Positions 23,464-32,000 of a stretch of 32,000 bases of DNA are shown piece after piece (positions within the stretch are counted from its first letter, which is position 1; each line of letters starts with the position of its first letter). The DNA comes from Geotalea uraniireducens Rf4 (GTDB taxonomy: Bacteria > Desulfobacterota > Desulfuromonadia > Geobacterales > Geobacteraceae). A program made the translations under genes and the position numbers. Below the pieces are notes generated by a model. That model had not been told where the DNA came from and searched no databases. It saw only the letters and a program-made list of their open reading frames with translations. The stretch is from the NCBI RefSeq assembly GCF_000016745.1, contig NC_009483.1, positions 3,150,001 through 3,182,000 of the forward strand, given 5' to 3'.

Positions 23464-25149
23464 TCATGGGCCAACCACACGGTTCAGCATGGACCCGATG
23501 GTGTAATGGGCACCCTTTCTTACTCCCACTGCGACGAGGAACCCTTCATCGCACAATCGCTTCAATTCTCTTGTCGCTGTACTGCGGGTCACGCTAAAAA
23601 CTCGACAATATTCCTGATTCGTGAGCCGATCATGAGCAGAGAAATACGTGATGAGCTTCGGCACACGGCTTTCAAGCCAGGTTTGCTGCTGTTTGATATC
23701 CGGCGCAATTTTGTAGACTGCCCCGCGGCCCGCGGAAGGTGCGCCATGGAGGATACCCATGGTGACCAATTCCTGGATTTCCCGGTACGCCTGATCCCGA
23801 TCAACGCCGGTAAGCTTTCTGTATGTCTCATTGGAGAATCCGCCGGAATTGGCCAGCAGCACTCTCTTCTGGTTCATCCCCAGGCGGAAGCGCTCAATGA
23901 GCATCCCCCACACAGGGCTGTGACCGGTATAAACCGGCTCATTCTTGAGGGTGATGCAGAACGTGGATGTTTCCAGGGAAAATTCAGGCTGGCAGAGAAG
24001 CGACTCTTCCATCTCCTCGAAGATGCGCGGGATTCCCTCGCCTTCTTCGCGCATGATGCCGGCATCCACCAAGACCCTCACCAGAAGCGGATTCCTGCTG
24101 GCATGAACACGCTGGCGGTTCTTAAGTTGTTCTATGGTGACCGGTGGCACGAGATCTCCGGGGCTCTGGATCTCCATCCGGTCGTCGAAGAACCAGATTT
24201 CAATCTCCCGCCCCTGCTCGTTGTAATCCCGGTGGGCGATGGCGTTCACCAAGGCTTCCTGCCAGGCAAGTGTGGGGTATTCCGGCATTTCCCTGAAAAA
24301 AAGGTCATGCAGCTTCTCTGACTTGCCTATCTGCACGACCGTGGACTGATAAGCATCCTCGATCATCCGGGCGAGCGGTGGTTCGAGCGGGGTCCGTTGC
24401 GTGACATTGCGCCGTGTTCCATGCTTGCGGTCGGTCCCGTCAACACGGAAAATACGGACACCGCTGCGTGGATGCCATCGCGCGGAAGGCAGCTTGCAGA
24501 AGAGCAGGAGGGCGGCATTGGTAACGGCAAACGCGTTGCCCTTGGGAATAATGAGACTGTATCGCTGCAGAATCTCCGGAATAGGCCTGCCGGCATACGG
24601 GGTGCCAGCCAGGAACTTCTCTGTCAGGATCAGGTCAAGGTCGTCAATGGTAGCGTCGGGCCGAATCTGCTGCTCGTAGCCGACCCTGCGGTAGGCCTGT
24701 TTTCGCTGGTTTATGACTTCCTGCGGTTCGTGGATGACCTGGTCTCCCACGCGATAGGGAAAGCCATCGCCGTCAACCATGACCGCTTCCGGGGCTATGG
24801 GTATTTGCAAGACAATGACTTCGTGGCCATCCAGAGCGATCCTCTGCGTCTCAACCCGCACCGCCGGTCGTAGACGCCGTTCCGGGACTGCAATGAAGTC
24901 GGCGACAACATCGTCTGGATAGCCATGGCCGGAGGGAATGCCGTCGTCGTCAACGCCAAGCAAGAGTGTCCCTCCATCGGCATTCGCGAATGCCGCCACA
25001 TATTCGGCGATGAAGTCCCTGACCGCCCGGCGGTTAAGGGCTTTCTTATTGCCGTCCTTCTGATCCCAGAGGGACTTGAACTCGATGAACTGACCTTCGC
25101 CCTTGCTGATGAGGCGCTTCAGTTCCGGTGCGGTAAAGAGATCCTTCAT
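23464..25149 (-). CDS. AlbA_2 (Schlafen-like) + HATPase_c_4-like + winged-HTH protein (often annotated as RecG-like putative transcriptional regulator)
   Basis: The N-terminus GEGQFIEFKS...AFANADGGTLLLGVDDDG is an AlbA_2 signature. The central part has EALVNAIAHRDY. The C-terminal part has HTH-like segments. RBS GGAGGG. Confidence 0.8.
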   Translation of the reverse strand: MKDLFTAPELKRLISKGEGQFIEFKSLWDQKDGNKKALNRRAVRDFIAEYVAAFANADGGTLLLGVDDDGIPSGHGYPDDVVADFIAVPERRLRPAVRVETQRIALDGHEVIVLQIPIAPEAVMVDGDGFPYRVGDQVIHEPQEVINQRKQAYRRVGYEQQIRPDATIDDLDLILTEKFLAGTPYAGRPIPEILQRYSLIIPKGNAFAVTNAALLLFCKLPSARWHPRSGVRIFRVDGTDRKHGTRRNVTQRTPLEPPLARMIEDAYQSTVVQIGKSEKLHDLFFREMPEYPTLAWQEALVNAIAHRDYNEQGREIEIWFFDDRMEIQSPGDLVPPVTIEQLKNRQRVHASRNPLLVRVLVDAGIMREEGEGIPRIFEEMEESLLCQPEFSLETSTFCITLKNEPVYTGHSPVWGMLIERFRLGMNQKRVLLANSGGFSNETYRKLTGVDRDQAYREIQELVTMGILHGAPSAGRGAVYKIAPDIKQQQTWLESRVPKLITYFSAHDRLTNQEYCRVFSVTRSTATRELKRLCDEGFLVAVGVRKGAHYTIGSMLNRVVGP

Positions 25150-25320
25150 TTTTTACCCTCCGCCATGGCGGTTTCCTCGGGAATCAGCCTGTAAAATGCG
25201 TAGACGCGTTGGTCAATACCAGTCCGATGTTTTGTGCCCAATGTTTTGTCAATGTGGAGATGCGACACTATGTTTCCGCCCTACGTTTCCGCCGAAAAAA
25301 AATGGAATTTGGAGACGCGA

Positions 25321-25450
25321 CCCCCAGTGTTTCCTTTCCCCCCAGTGTTTCCCCCCAGTGTTTCCCCCCAGTGTTTCCCCCCAGTGTTTCCCCCCAGTGT
25401 TTCCCCCCAGTGTTTCCCCCCAGTGTTTCCCCGACCCCCAGTGTTTCCCT
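25321..25450. repeat. Intergenic tandem array of 9 CAGTGTTTCC cores; the central seven cores are spaced exactly 13 nt apart (unit AGTGTTTCCCCCC)
   Basis: The core A residues are at 25326, 25344, 25357, 25370, 25383, 25396, 25409, 25422 and 25440. The array is flanked by direct repeats GTCAATGTGGAGATGCGACACTAT (25249-25272) and GTCAAAATGTAGACGCGACACTAA (25453-25476). Confidence 0.9.
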
Positions 25451-25527
25451 TTGTCAAAATGTAGACGCGACACTAATATTTGCCCGTAATTTCCAGGTCG
25501 CCGGTCGCCTGTTCCGAACCCCTACTT

Positions 25528-28173
25528 TTAAACAACACCAGCATTAATTATTTCCTGTTGCCAAGACTTTTCCATCAGCATAGTAAAGCTCGTCGGTTGC
25601 GATGATTCTCCCAAATCCAGTTCTCCCGCCCGGATGGCTGTATCCACATGTGCGGTCAGCAGTTCAAACATCTTGCGTTTGTATTCTGTATCGTCATTCC
25701 CCTTCAGGTGCTCACCCTTGGTTTCCAGGACGGTAAATCTGAACTTGCCTTCATCGGTGCCGTGGACACACGCAAGTATATCGGGATAAATCCTGTTCCG
25801 CTGCCACCCTTGCAGGCTGTAGGAACGCTGATTGACGGCTATTCGATGCCACCAGTAGACGGACTGGCGAGTATCCAGATACAAGGCTGTCTCTTTTTCA
25901 AGTTCGTTGAAGTCCCGCTGGTATACCTTCTCAAACAGGCTTTTTTCAATATCGCCGCCATCCTTGCGGTGAAGAAGCCGGTCTTCATCGGATACATCGA
26001 TCTCCAGGGTTTTAGCCAGCTCCCAGTTCAGTTTGGCGTCGCCCGAGGATACCAGACGCAGGGATATGGCCCCGCTTTCCAGCTTTTCACGAAAGAGCGC
26101 TTCAGCAGCGCTATCGACCTGTTTTCTCAAATCCAGTTTCATCGACTTCAACAGGTCAAGGCGATTTACATACAGCCGTTTTTCGCTCACCCCACGGCTA
26201 CGCAATACAGCCAGTGTGTCATCGAGAATCCGCATCCCCTGCCAAGGGTTCGGCACCACATCAAGCAGTTGTCGCACGAGAAAAGCAATATCGAGCCCTT
26301 CATCCGGAATGTGGTCAACCATTTCCTGAAAGAAAAGTTTTGCTTCATCTTCTTTCTTTTGGTCGAGATCGACACGGGCTATGGTCCGTTTAAGCTTTTC
26401 CTGATCCTCCACCTTGACGTTATCGGCTTGCAGGTAACGAAACGCCTCCCAGTCTAGCTCTCCCAGAATATCCCGGTCATAGTCGAGCAGTCGATACCCC
26501 TTGACGGCCTTTTCATCGCGTGCCAGAACCTTTGGAAGGAAGATTGTCGGCAGCTTGGCAAATGCCTCTCGGCGATTAAGTGTGACCTTATTGGTGAATC
26601 GCTGCTTGCCGCCACCACCGACAACCTTGACACTGGAAGCAAGATCGGCCATTCCCTCATCCTGCAAACCCTTGCGCACACCGTTTACCGCTTCGGAAAC
26701 ATCCTGATCAAAGGTAAAGACGTAACACTCATCAAGTGCTTGTCGATGAGTCAGTTGTGCATGGGGCTGTCGCAGCACGCGGCCAATCATCTGGGTCAAA
26801 GCGGTATTCGCCGTAGTTTTGGAGAGGATTGTCAGCACATAGGCAAAGGGACAATCCCATCCCTCCCGCAAGGCATCCTTGGTGATGATGTAACGTACCG
26901 GGCAGTTTTCAGCCAGCAGGTCTTCATCTCCCAGTTCGTCATTTTCAGAGGTCTTGAGACGTATTTCTTCCTCTTTGACCCCCAATTTTTCCTGGAGATA
27001 TTCCCGCGCATGTTCAGCATGAACAAAGGCGGCATCGCGCTGTTCCTTGCCGGTTCGTTCCACCCGCACCAGCATGATCGGCCTGATGTAACGGCCGGAT
27101 TCCATTTGCAGCCGGGCCGCTTCCTTTGCCAGATCCTCAAGTTTTTGATGGGCCAGAGTAAGGGTGTGTTTCCAGCCACCCTTGTCCTCGTTCTCCACAT
27201 TGATCGGCAGTTTGATCATCTCCTCGTCTTTAAGGTCGCGGCCCGGTACGTTCACCAGCATGTTTGATTGATGCTTGCCGCCCGTGTTGGGGGTGGCGGA
27301 GAGTTCGACCATAAAACGGGGATTGAAGCCGCACAGCGTTTCACGGGCAGTGTCGGAATAAGCCTTGTGCCCTTCGTCGATGATCACCACCGGACGTACC
27401 AGGCACAACACGTTGCCGAGGCTCTGCCTGATGGAGAGCGAACCGGGCACAATGCCGTCCATGTAGCCCATGTCGGCTAAATCATTGATCCTCAAGTTAG
27501 GCACGGCATTCAGTAACGCACGGTTTTTTTCACTGTCGTCTTCAGGTGGGAAAAATGAGGTAAAACGGCCACTGTCGCGGAACATCCGCAAGGTGTCTTT
27601 TGACTGGCGGGCCGCCGAGGGAAGCATCAGCAGCATGACGCAAAGTTGACCTTTCACATCCAGACGTGTGAAGGCGTCTCCCTTTTCCAGGAGTTTTACC
27701 CGCCCACCCGAGGCGCGTTCAAGCGTCTGGCGATAGTGATGTTCACGGTTGGCAAGCTGTTTCCATGTTTGACGATAAATGGCGTCCGACGGCACTACCC
27801 AAAGAACCAAGCCGGTCTGCCGTTTGAAATAGTCGGTATGAATGCGTTCCAGCGCACAGGTCGCTAATAGCGTCTTGCCGCCTCCGGTAGGCACTTTCAG
27901 ACATATATTGGGAATGGAGCGGTTAAGTCCGTCATGGCGGGAAAGATAAGGTGCAACAACGGTGTTGCCATCTTTGTCACACAGGGAGGGCAGAACACGT
28001 TCGTTGTTGAGATGGTCCCAGGTTTTCTGGCAAGGATCGCCAATATCGAGATCAAGCCCCTGTTCAGCAATCAGAACTTTGACCTTTTCTACCTTTTCGG
28101 TCTGTTCAGACAGAACCGCAAGATAATGGTCAATCTTGCGTAAGACACCCTGTTGGTATTCTTTCAGTTCCAT
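25528..28173 (-). CDS. res: Type III restriction enzyme Res subunit (SF2 helicase + C-terminal PD-(D/E)xK nuclease)
   Basis: Motif I LKVPTGGGKTLLA, motif II VIIDEGHKA, motif III ELSATP and a C-terminal nuclease-like IYPDIL...FTVLETKGEHL. It lies 4 nt downstream of mod. Confidence 0.9.
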   Translation of the reverse strand: MELKEYQQGVLRKIDHYLAVLSEQTEKVEKVKVLIAEQGLDLDIGDPCQKTWDHLNNERVLPSLCDKDGNTVVAPYLSRHDGLNRSIPNICLKVPTGGGKTLLATCALERIHTDYFKRQTGLVLWVVPSDAIYRQTWKQLANREHHYRQTLERASGGRVKLLEKGDAFTRLDVKGQLCVMLLMLPSAARQSKDTLRMFRDSGRFTSFFPPEDDSEKNRALLNAVPNLRINDLADMGYMDGIVPGSLSIRQSLGNVLCLVRPVVIIDEGHKAYSDTARETLCGFNPRFMVELSATPNTGGKHQSNMLVNVPGRDLKDEEMIKLPINVENEDKGGWKHTLTLAHQKLEDLAKEAARLQMESGRYIRPIMLVRVERTGKEQRDAAFVHAEHAREYLQEKLGVKEEEIRLKTSENDELGDEDLLAENCPVRYIITKDALREGWDCPFAYVLTILSKTTANTALTQMIGRVLRQPHAQLTHRQALDECYVFTFDQDVSEAVNGVRKGLQDEGMADLASSVKVVGGGGKQRFTNKVTLNRREAFAKLPTIFLPKVLARDEKAVKGYRLLDYDRDILGELDWEAFRYLQADNVKVEDQEKLKRTIARVDLDQKKEDEAKLFFQEMVDHIPDEGLDIAFLVRQLLDVVPNPWQGMRILDDTLAVLRSRGVSEKRLYVNRLDLLKSMKLDLRKQVDSAAEALFREKLESGAISLRLVSSGDAKLNWELAKTLEIDVSDEDRLLHRKDGGDIEKSLFEKVYQRDFNELEKETALYLDTRQSVYWWHRIAVNQRSYSLQGWQRNRIYPDILACVHGTDEGKFRFTVLETKGEHLKGNDDTEYKRKMFELLTAHVDTAIRAGELDLGESSQPTSFTMLMEKSWQQEIINAGVV

Positions 28174-28177
28174 GGCG

Positions 28178-30007
28178 TCAGTCTCCCAGAATCCGGTGGA
28201 CGGCGTAAGGCAACTGACAGAATTCGATGCGTTCCTTGGTCAACTCCTTCTGGCTCATGAACTTGGCCACGGCAAAAACGATGGAGCGCTTGCCGGACTT
28301 GTTCCCCGTGGCAATCGCAGCCACTCGCTCGGCGTTCAGTGCCGCCTCGTTGGAGCGCAGCCAGGCGGTATCCGGCTGATAGAAGAGATGGATGCGGAAC
28401 AGTTCGGTTTCGCCGATGAAGCCATCGGTGGAGTGTGCGGCAACCGTTTCCAGTGACCGGCCGGTGGCGGTATAAAAGACATAGCGGGCCAGGGCCTCGA
28501 AATTGGGGAGTCCCTTGCCGGAAAGCAGGTTTTCGATCTCGATCGGCTCGCCCAAGGTACAGTAGGTGAAGCTGCCGCCCAGCCCCGGCGCTGTTTCGGG
28601 AATCTTCCGTTCGCCGGTAACAGTCAGCACGCCGTCCTTGATTTCTTTTTTAACTGTGTCGAACGCTGCGCCTTTGGTCTTTTCGATATGTTCGACTTCA
28701 AGGAGTAGTTTTTGTGACTTTTTGGAAAAATTGGTCCAAGTGATTTTCTCGCTGAACAGCTCTTCGCGCTGGTTCCCGCTGAAGGGATAGCCGTTGATGA
28801 CCCGCCGTACCCGCTCGGCGGTCAGGGTGTCGGCGTATTCCTCGCACTCGATCAGCATGAAACGGCGATTGCCGCCGTCTTTCTGGTTGGCGGCGAGAAC
28901 GGCATGGGCGGTGGTGCCGGAACCGGCGAAGGAATCGAGAATGATGGAGTTTTCGTCAGTGGCTATTTCGAGGATGCGCGAAAGCAGACGTGTCGGTTTA
29001 GGCGTAAAAAATTCCGTGCCTTTGCCCTCCATGATTTCACGTAGTTCCTTCTTTGCCTCGTCCGTGTGCCCTGCAAAGTCATGGGGCCACCAAGTGCTGG
29101 GAACGGTGCCGCCGCCCCCTTGGAGAAGGTGTTTATACCGCTTGAAGCCCGGAACCTTGCCTGTGCCGTCGGCTCCCCACCAAATTAGATCATTATCGAC
29201 GTTGTATTGATGCCTTTCCTTTGAATAACGCCAAACTGCCGTTTTCTTTGGCCAGATCTCTTCGCCTGTATTCGGATTAATTACCGGATAATAAAGGTTT
29301 GGGCGTTCTTCCGCTGTCTTGTTGCAAGTATAATTGTCGGAACGAAAGGTCCCTTTGTCGTCTTCATGGCGGTAGTTTGCGTCATTGCCTGCCGTTCTTC
29401 CCAAGAGATTCCGGCTAAATTCCTCACTCTTGCGATAGACAAGAATATGGTCAAACATAGTGGAAAAACCCTTGGCGTCATTCGATGTAGCATATTTTTT
29501 CTGCCATGCAATATGGCTATAAAAGGCATCCTCACTATGGAAAACCTCATCGAGTATGTCGCGCAGACGGTGTTGCTCGTTGTCGTCGATAGTGACAAAA
29601 AGCACCCCGTCATCTGCAAGCAGCTCATGCAGCAGATTCAACCTTGGCCACATCATGCATAGCCACTTGTCATGCCGCTCCAGGTCTTCCTTATCCACCG
29701 GATTGGCCGACTTCTTCAGCCACTCCTTCATCAGCGGCGAACGGACGTTGTCGTTGTAGCACCACCCCTCATTGCCGGTATTGTAGGGCGGGTCGATGAA
29801 GATGCAGTTGATCTTACCTGCATGGGTAGGAAGCAGGGCCTTTAGCGCTTCCAGGTTATCGCCGTGGATGATCAGGTTGTCGTCCAGCGACGGCTTTTGT
29901 CCTTCGGCGGGCAGAGACTTGGCCGCATCCACTTTTAGCTCCCGAAACGGCACGCTCAGGTGGTGGGAATAGACAAACTGCTTTCCCTTGAATTCCAGTG
30001 TTGGCAT
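28178..30007 (-). CDS. mod: Type III (beta-class) DNA methyltransferase Mod subunit
   Basis: Catalytic motif IV CIFIDPPYNTG precedes the AdoMet motif I ILDSFAGSGTTAHAV, which is the beta-class order. 609 aa. Immediately upstream of res. Confidence 0.9.
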   Translation of the reverse strand: MPTLEFKGKQFVYSHHLSVPFRELKVDAAKSLPAEGQKPSLDDNLIIHGDNLEALKALLPTHAGKINCIFIDPPYNTGNEGWCYNDNVRSPLMKEWLKKSANPVDKEDLERHDKWLCMMWPRLNLLHELLADDGVLFVTIDDNEQHRLRDILDEVFHSEDAFYSHIAWQKKYATSNDAKGFSTMFDHILVYRKSEEFSRNLLGRTAGNDANYRHEDDKGTFRSDNYTCNKTAEERPNLYYPVINPNTGEEIWPKKTAVWRYSKERHQYNVDNDLIWWGADGTGKVPGFKRYKHLLQGGGGTVPSTWWPHDFAGHTDEAKKELREIMEGKGTEFFTPKPTRLLSRILEIATDENSIILDSFAGSGTTAHAVLAANQKDGGNRRFMLIECEEYADTLTAERVRRVINGYPFSGNQREELFSEKITWTNFSKKSQKLLLEVEHIEKTKGAAFDTVKKEIKDGVLTVTGERKIPETAPGLGGSFTYCTLGEPIEIENLLSGKGLPNFEALARYVFYTATGRSLETVAAHSTDGFIGETELFRIHLFYQPDTAWLRSNEAALNAERVAAIATGNKSGKRSIVFAVAKFMSQKELTKERIEFCQLPYAVHRILGD

Positions 30008-30115
30008 ATTTAAAAGCTCCTTAGTAAATCTGGGAACATAATTCTGATTATTCTTCCTATCAAATGGACATCAGTTAGTGTCCCCGGAACATTCATCAGT
30101 CCCGGTGGAACGGTG

Positions 30116-30150
30116 CAGGCGCTGAGCGGCCTTAACCATACCAGCGCCTG
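30116..30150 (-). terminator. Stem-loop just downstream of the AIPR stop (possible terminator)
   Basis: CAGGCGCTG-N17-CAGCGCCTG, a 9-bp perfect stem. The loop is long and there is no clear U-tract, so it is weak. Confidence 0.35.
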
Positions 30151-30151
30151 G

Positions 30152-31831
30152 TTAGCCTCCGCCAAGTAGTGCTCCAACTAATGTCGAACCTTTTGCAACC
30201 TGATCAGTTCCGCCAAGTTCAGTATATTTATCAAGCACTTTATGTAAAGCATTATCGAGGACTTCAGCTGGAATATCAATCTTTGGCACTTGTGCTAGTG
30301 CGTCTGTTATACCATCCTTTGTACCAGCAACCGATATTCCCACAAGCGTTGCTACAAAGAACTTGATGTTTGTTATATCCTTTCTAGGAATATCTACACC
30401 GCAGTGTTGCGGTTTGATATACGTTTCCACAGCCTTCATAATTTGAATCACTTTTAAATAGACATCAATGGGTGTATCAAGGCTAAATATCTTTTTGTAC
30501 TCGGTTTGAGAGTTGATTAACGTAGAAGGTCGTGCTCTTGCACTATCTGGTTTATTTAATGTTAAGGCCATCATAGCTTGTGCCATATATGGAATGCTAA
30601 TGATCTTGGATACAGGCTTGCCTTGGTTTTTATAGAAGTTTTTCTTTCTATCATAGAAAAAACCATTTGCTTTGAGAAAATCTTCAATATTTCTGTGTAT
30701 TTCGTCTGAACTGCGGAGGGATGCAGGTGGTATTGAAGTCTGACTGTTTGTAGCCCTGATGATTCGGTCTCTAGCTTCTTCGTTTTCCTCGCGAATAATG
30801 CGGACAAGAATTTTACGTTCATCTTTCAGAAGTTGCGCAGCTTCAGAAAAGTGATTGTAAATTTCGTGTGAAGTCTGTAGTCCATTAACAATCTGGGGGT
30901 CTTCTATTGTTATTTTTTTCCCAGCTGAAACTGCATTTGGAGTTATAATTGTGACACCATTATTCAAATACCAAAAATCTTCAGATTTTGTATTTGATAG
31001 TGTTTGCTTGATTCCGGTATTAACAACAACACTACCCTGATAGTCTCTGACATTTGATTCGAATATACTTCTGGCTAATGCACCGTCGTCAGATATGAAA
31101 TCATAATATTTATCCAATGAAACTAGACATACGTAGCTACCAGCTTCCGTGCTGATTGGGGTTTCTGCAATTTCTAGAGTTCTACTTGTGGTGGGTATAT
31201 TGCGTGTAAGTTCTAACAATCTACGAGCCCCGATAAATTCGAATTTAAAGGATGACCCACTAAAAAGTGCTAAAATTAAAGATTCCAGTTTCTGAACTTT
31301 TCCGGAAACATTAGGGTGAACTTCGTCTCCTTGGGTCGCATAATAATAACTGATTTCTAGCTTTGGGAAACTGGCAGCAAGTTTCTCATACACAGTCCTA
31401 AATATTATTACTCGTTCGATCAATTCTTGGTTATATCTTTCAGAATAATTATATGGGTCGTTTGAAAGATCAAATAAATCTTCAGCTGTTTCTCTAAATT
31501 TAACAATTGCAACTTCTTTGAAAGTTGTAGACGTTTTTGATTGTATTATCTTTAATTCGATTACGTTCTTTTTTTGATTTACATTTATGTCTGAATCTTC
31601 GTTTATTAATTCACCATTTAGAAGTGTAAATATTGAATCAATACCGCCGTCACCCCCATCACCAACAATACCGTACTTAACATCATCATACGACAAATCG
31701 TGATCTTTCAAAATTTCTGATGCTGTATATATTTCGAAATATTCTGGTTCAGTAATTTCATCGCCTGAATCAGCACACTTACTTTTTATTATCTGATTTA
31801 AAATAACTTGGTCATTTGTTAATTTAGACAT
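30152..31831 (-). CDS. AIPR-family abortive-infection protein
   Basis: The N-terminal region EYFEIYTASEILKD.DLSYDDV..GIVGDGGDGGIDSIF and the overall 559-aa architecture match my recollection of the AIPR (abortive infection phage resistance) family. The gene is conspicuously AT-rich compared with its neighbours. Confidence 0.75.
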   Translation of the reverse strand: MSKLTNDQVILNQIIKSKCADSGDEITEPEYFEIYTASEILKDHDLSYDDVKYGIVGDGGDGGIDSIFTLLNGELINEDSDINVNQKKNVIELKIIQSKTSTTFKEVAIVKFRETAEDLFDLSNDPYNYSERYNQELIERVIIFRTVYEKLAASFPKLEISYYYATQGDEVHPNVSGKVQKLESLILALFSGSSFKFEFIGARRLLELTRNIPTTSRTLEIAETPISTEAGSYVCLVSLDKYYDFISDDGALARSIFESNVRDYQGSVVVNTGIKQTLSNTKSEDFWYLNNGVTIITPNAVSAGKKITIEDPQIVNGLQTSHEIYNHFSEAAQLLKDERKILVRIIREENEEARDRIIRATNSQTSIPPASLRSSDEIHRNIEDFLKANGFFYDRKKNFYKNQGKPVSKIISIPYMAQAMMALTLNKPDSARARPSTLINSQTEYKKIFSLDTPIDVYLKVIQIMKAVETYIKPQHCGVDIPRKDITNIKFFVATLVGISVAGTKDGITDALAQVPKIDIPAEVLDNALHKVLDKYTELGGTDQVAKGSTLVGALLGGG

Positions 31832-31967
31832 ATTGATCTCCGATGTCTTAAAAGGTTAACCCTTGCTTGGGGAAAACTACAGCGTCAGACTTTGATTTTG
31901 GATATTTTGGATATTTGAGGAACTTTCTTAAATTAATTGCAACGTAGTTGACATGGCTACCACCGTT

Positions 31968-31997
31968 GCCGGATGCGCTACGCTTCATCCGGCCTAC
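31968..31997 (-). repeat. GTAG-type REP hairpin of a different sequence class
   Basis: The minus strand reads GTAGGCCGGATG-AAGCGTAGCG-CATCCGGC, an 8-bp stem preceded by GTAG. It lies at the right edge of the window. Confidence 0.5.
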
Positions 31998-32000
31998 ATT

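Noticed and set aside
25209-25547. ORFs of 74-128 aa on both strands running through the 13-nt tandem array (for example 25103-25489, 25209-25547 and 25249-25473), translating as repetitive PQCFPPVFPPSVS or GKHWGETLGGNTG.
   Set aside because: All frames are open only because a 13-nt unit repeats, giving a 39-nt / 13-aa periodicity in every frame. There is no RBS and the composition is not protein-like. Treated as non-coding repeat.
31968-31997. The hairpin GCCGGATGCGCTACGCTTCATCCGGCCTAC closely resembles enterobacterial REP/PU sequences, which raised the possibility of contamination or a chimeric assembly at the window edge.
   Set aside because: GTAG plus a GC hairpin is a generic REP architecture, and other GTAG-REPs occur throughout this window. 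Only 30 nt are visible, and the adjacent sequence shows no enterobacterial gene. There is not enough evidence for contamination.

Overview
GC-rich chromosomal segment whose gene content looks Geobacteraceae/Desulfuromonadales-like; that assignment is inference, since no search was possible. No rRNA or tRNA gene was recognised.

Layout:
(i) 1-5992: a two-component, sigma54-controlled respiratory cluster. It holds a hybrid histidine kinase (5' end cut by the window), an NtrC-type activator and a textbook -24/-12 promoter. Downstream are three small proteins including a probable pseudo-receiver, a heptahaem c-type cytochrome, a b-type cytochrome and a membrane protein. From memory this resembles the Geobacter sulfurreducens bccR-cbcBA locus.
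(ii) about 6000-12850: an accessory 'graveyard'.
- Three type II toxin-antitoxin pairs.
- Remnants of two CRISPR-Cas systems. One is a type I-E cas1 stub fused to a single I-E repeat. The other is an I-C-like locus with a cas3 pseudogene, intact cas4 and cas2 and a 4-repeat array; its cas1 slot is filled by a DUF559 cassette.
- A RAYT-like Y1 transposase embedded in GTAG-type REP arrays.
(iii) 12953-21798: a soluble Cys-motif histidine kinase, then a conserved minus-strand housekeeping block pdxJ-glmM-cdaR(ybbR)-cdaA-folP-ftsH-tilS.
(iv) 22019-31831: a co-oriented minus-strand defence island. It contains a Fic protein coupled to a DUF6398-like protein, an AlbA_2/Schlafen-like ATPase-HTH protein, a 13-nt G6/C6 tandem array, a type III restriction-modification pair (mod, res) and a visibly AT-rich AIPR abortive-infection gene.

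Most interesting observations:
- Two hairpin-repeat families are each tied to a nuclease or transposase gene: GTAG-REP with the RAYT, and 'PPLxKGG' G/C hairpins with DUF559.
- These elements sit at the breakpoints where the CRISPR-Cas loci have decayed.
- Intergenic repeat arrays and uncharacterised gene pairings occur inside the defence island.
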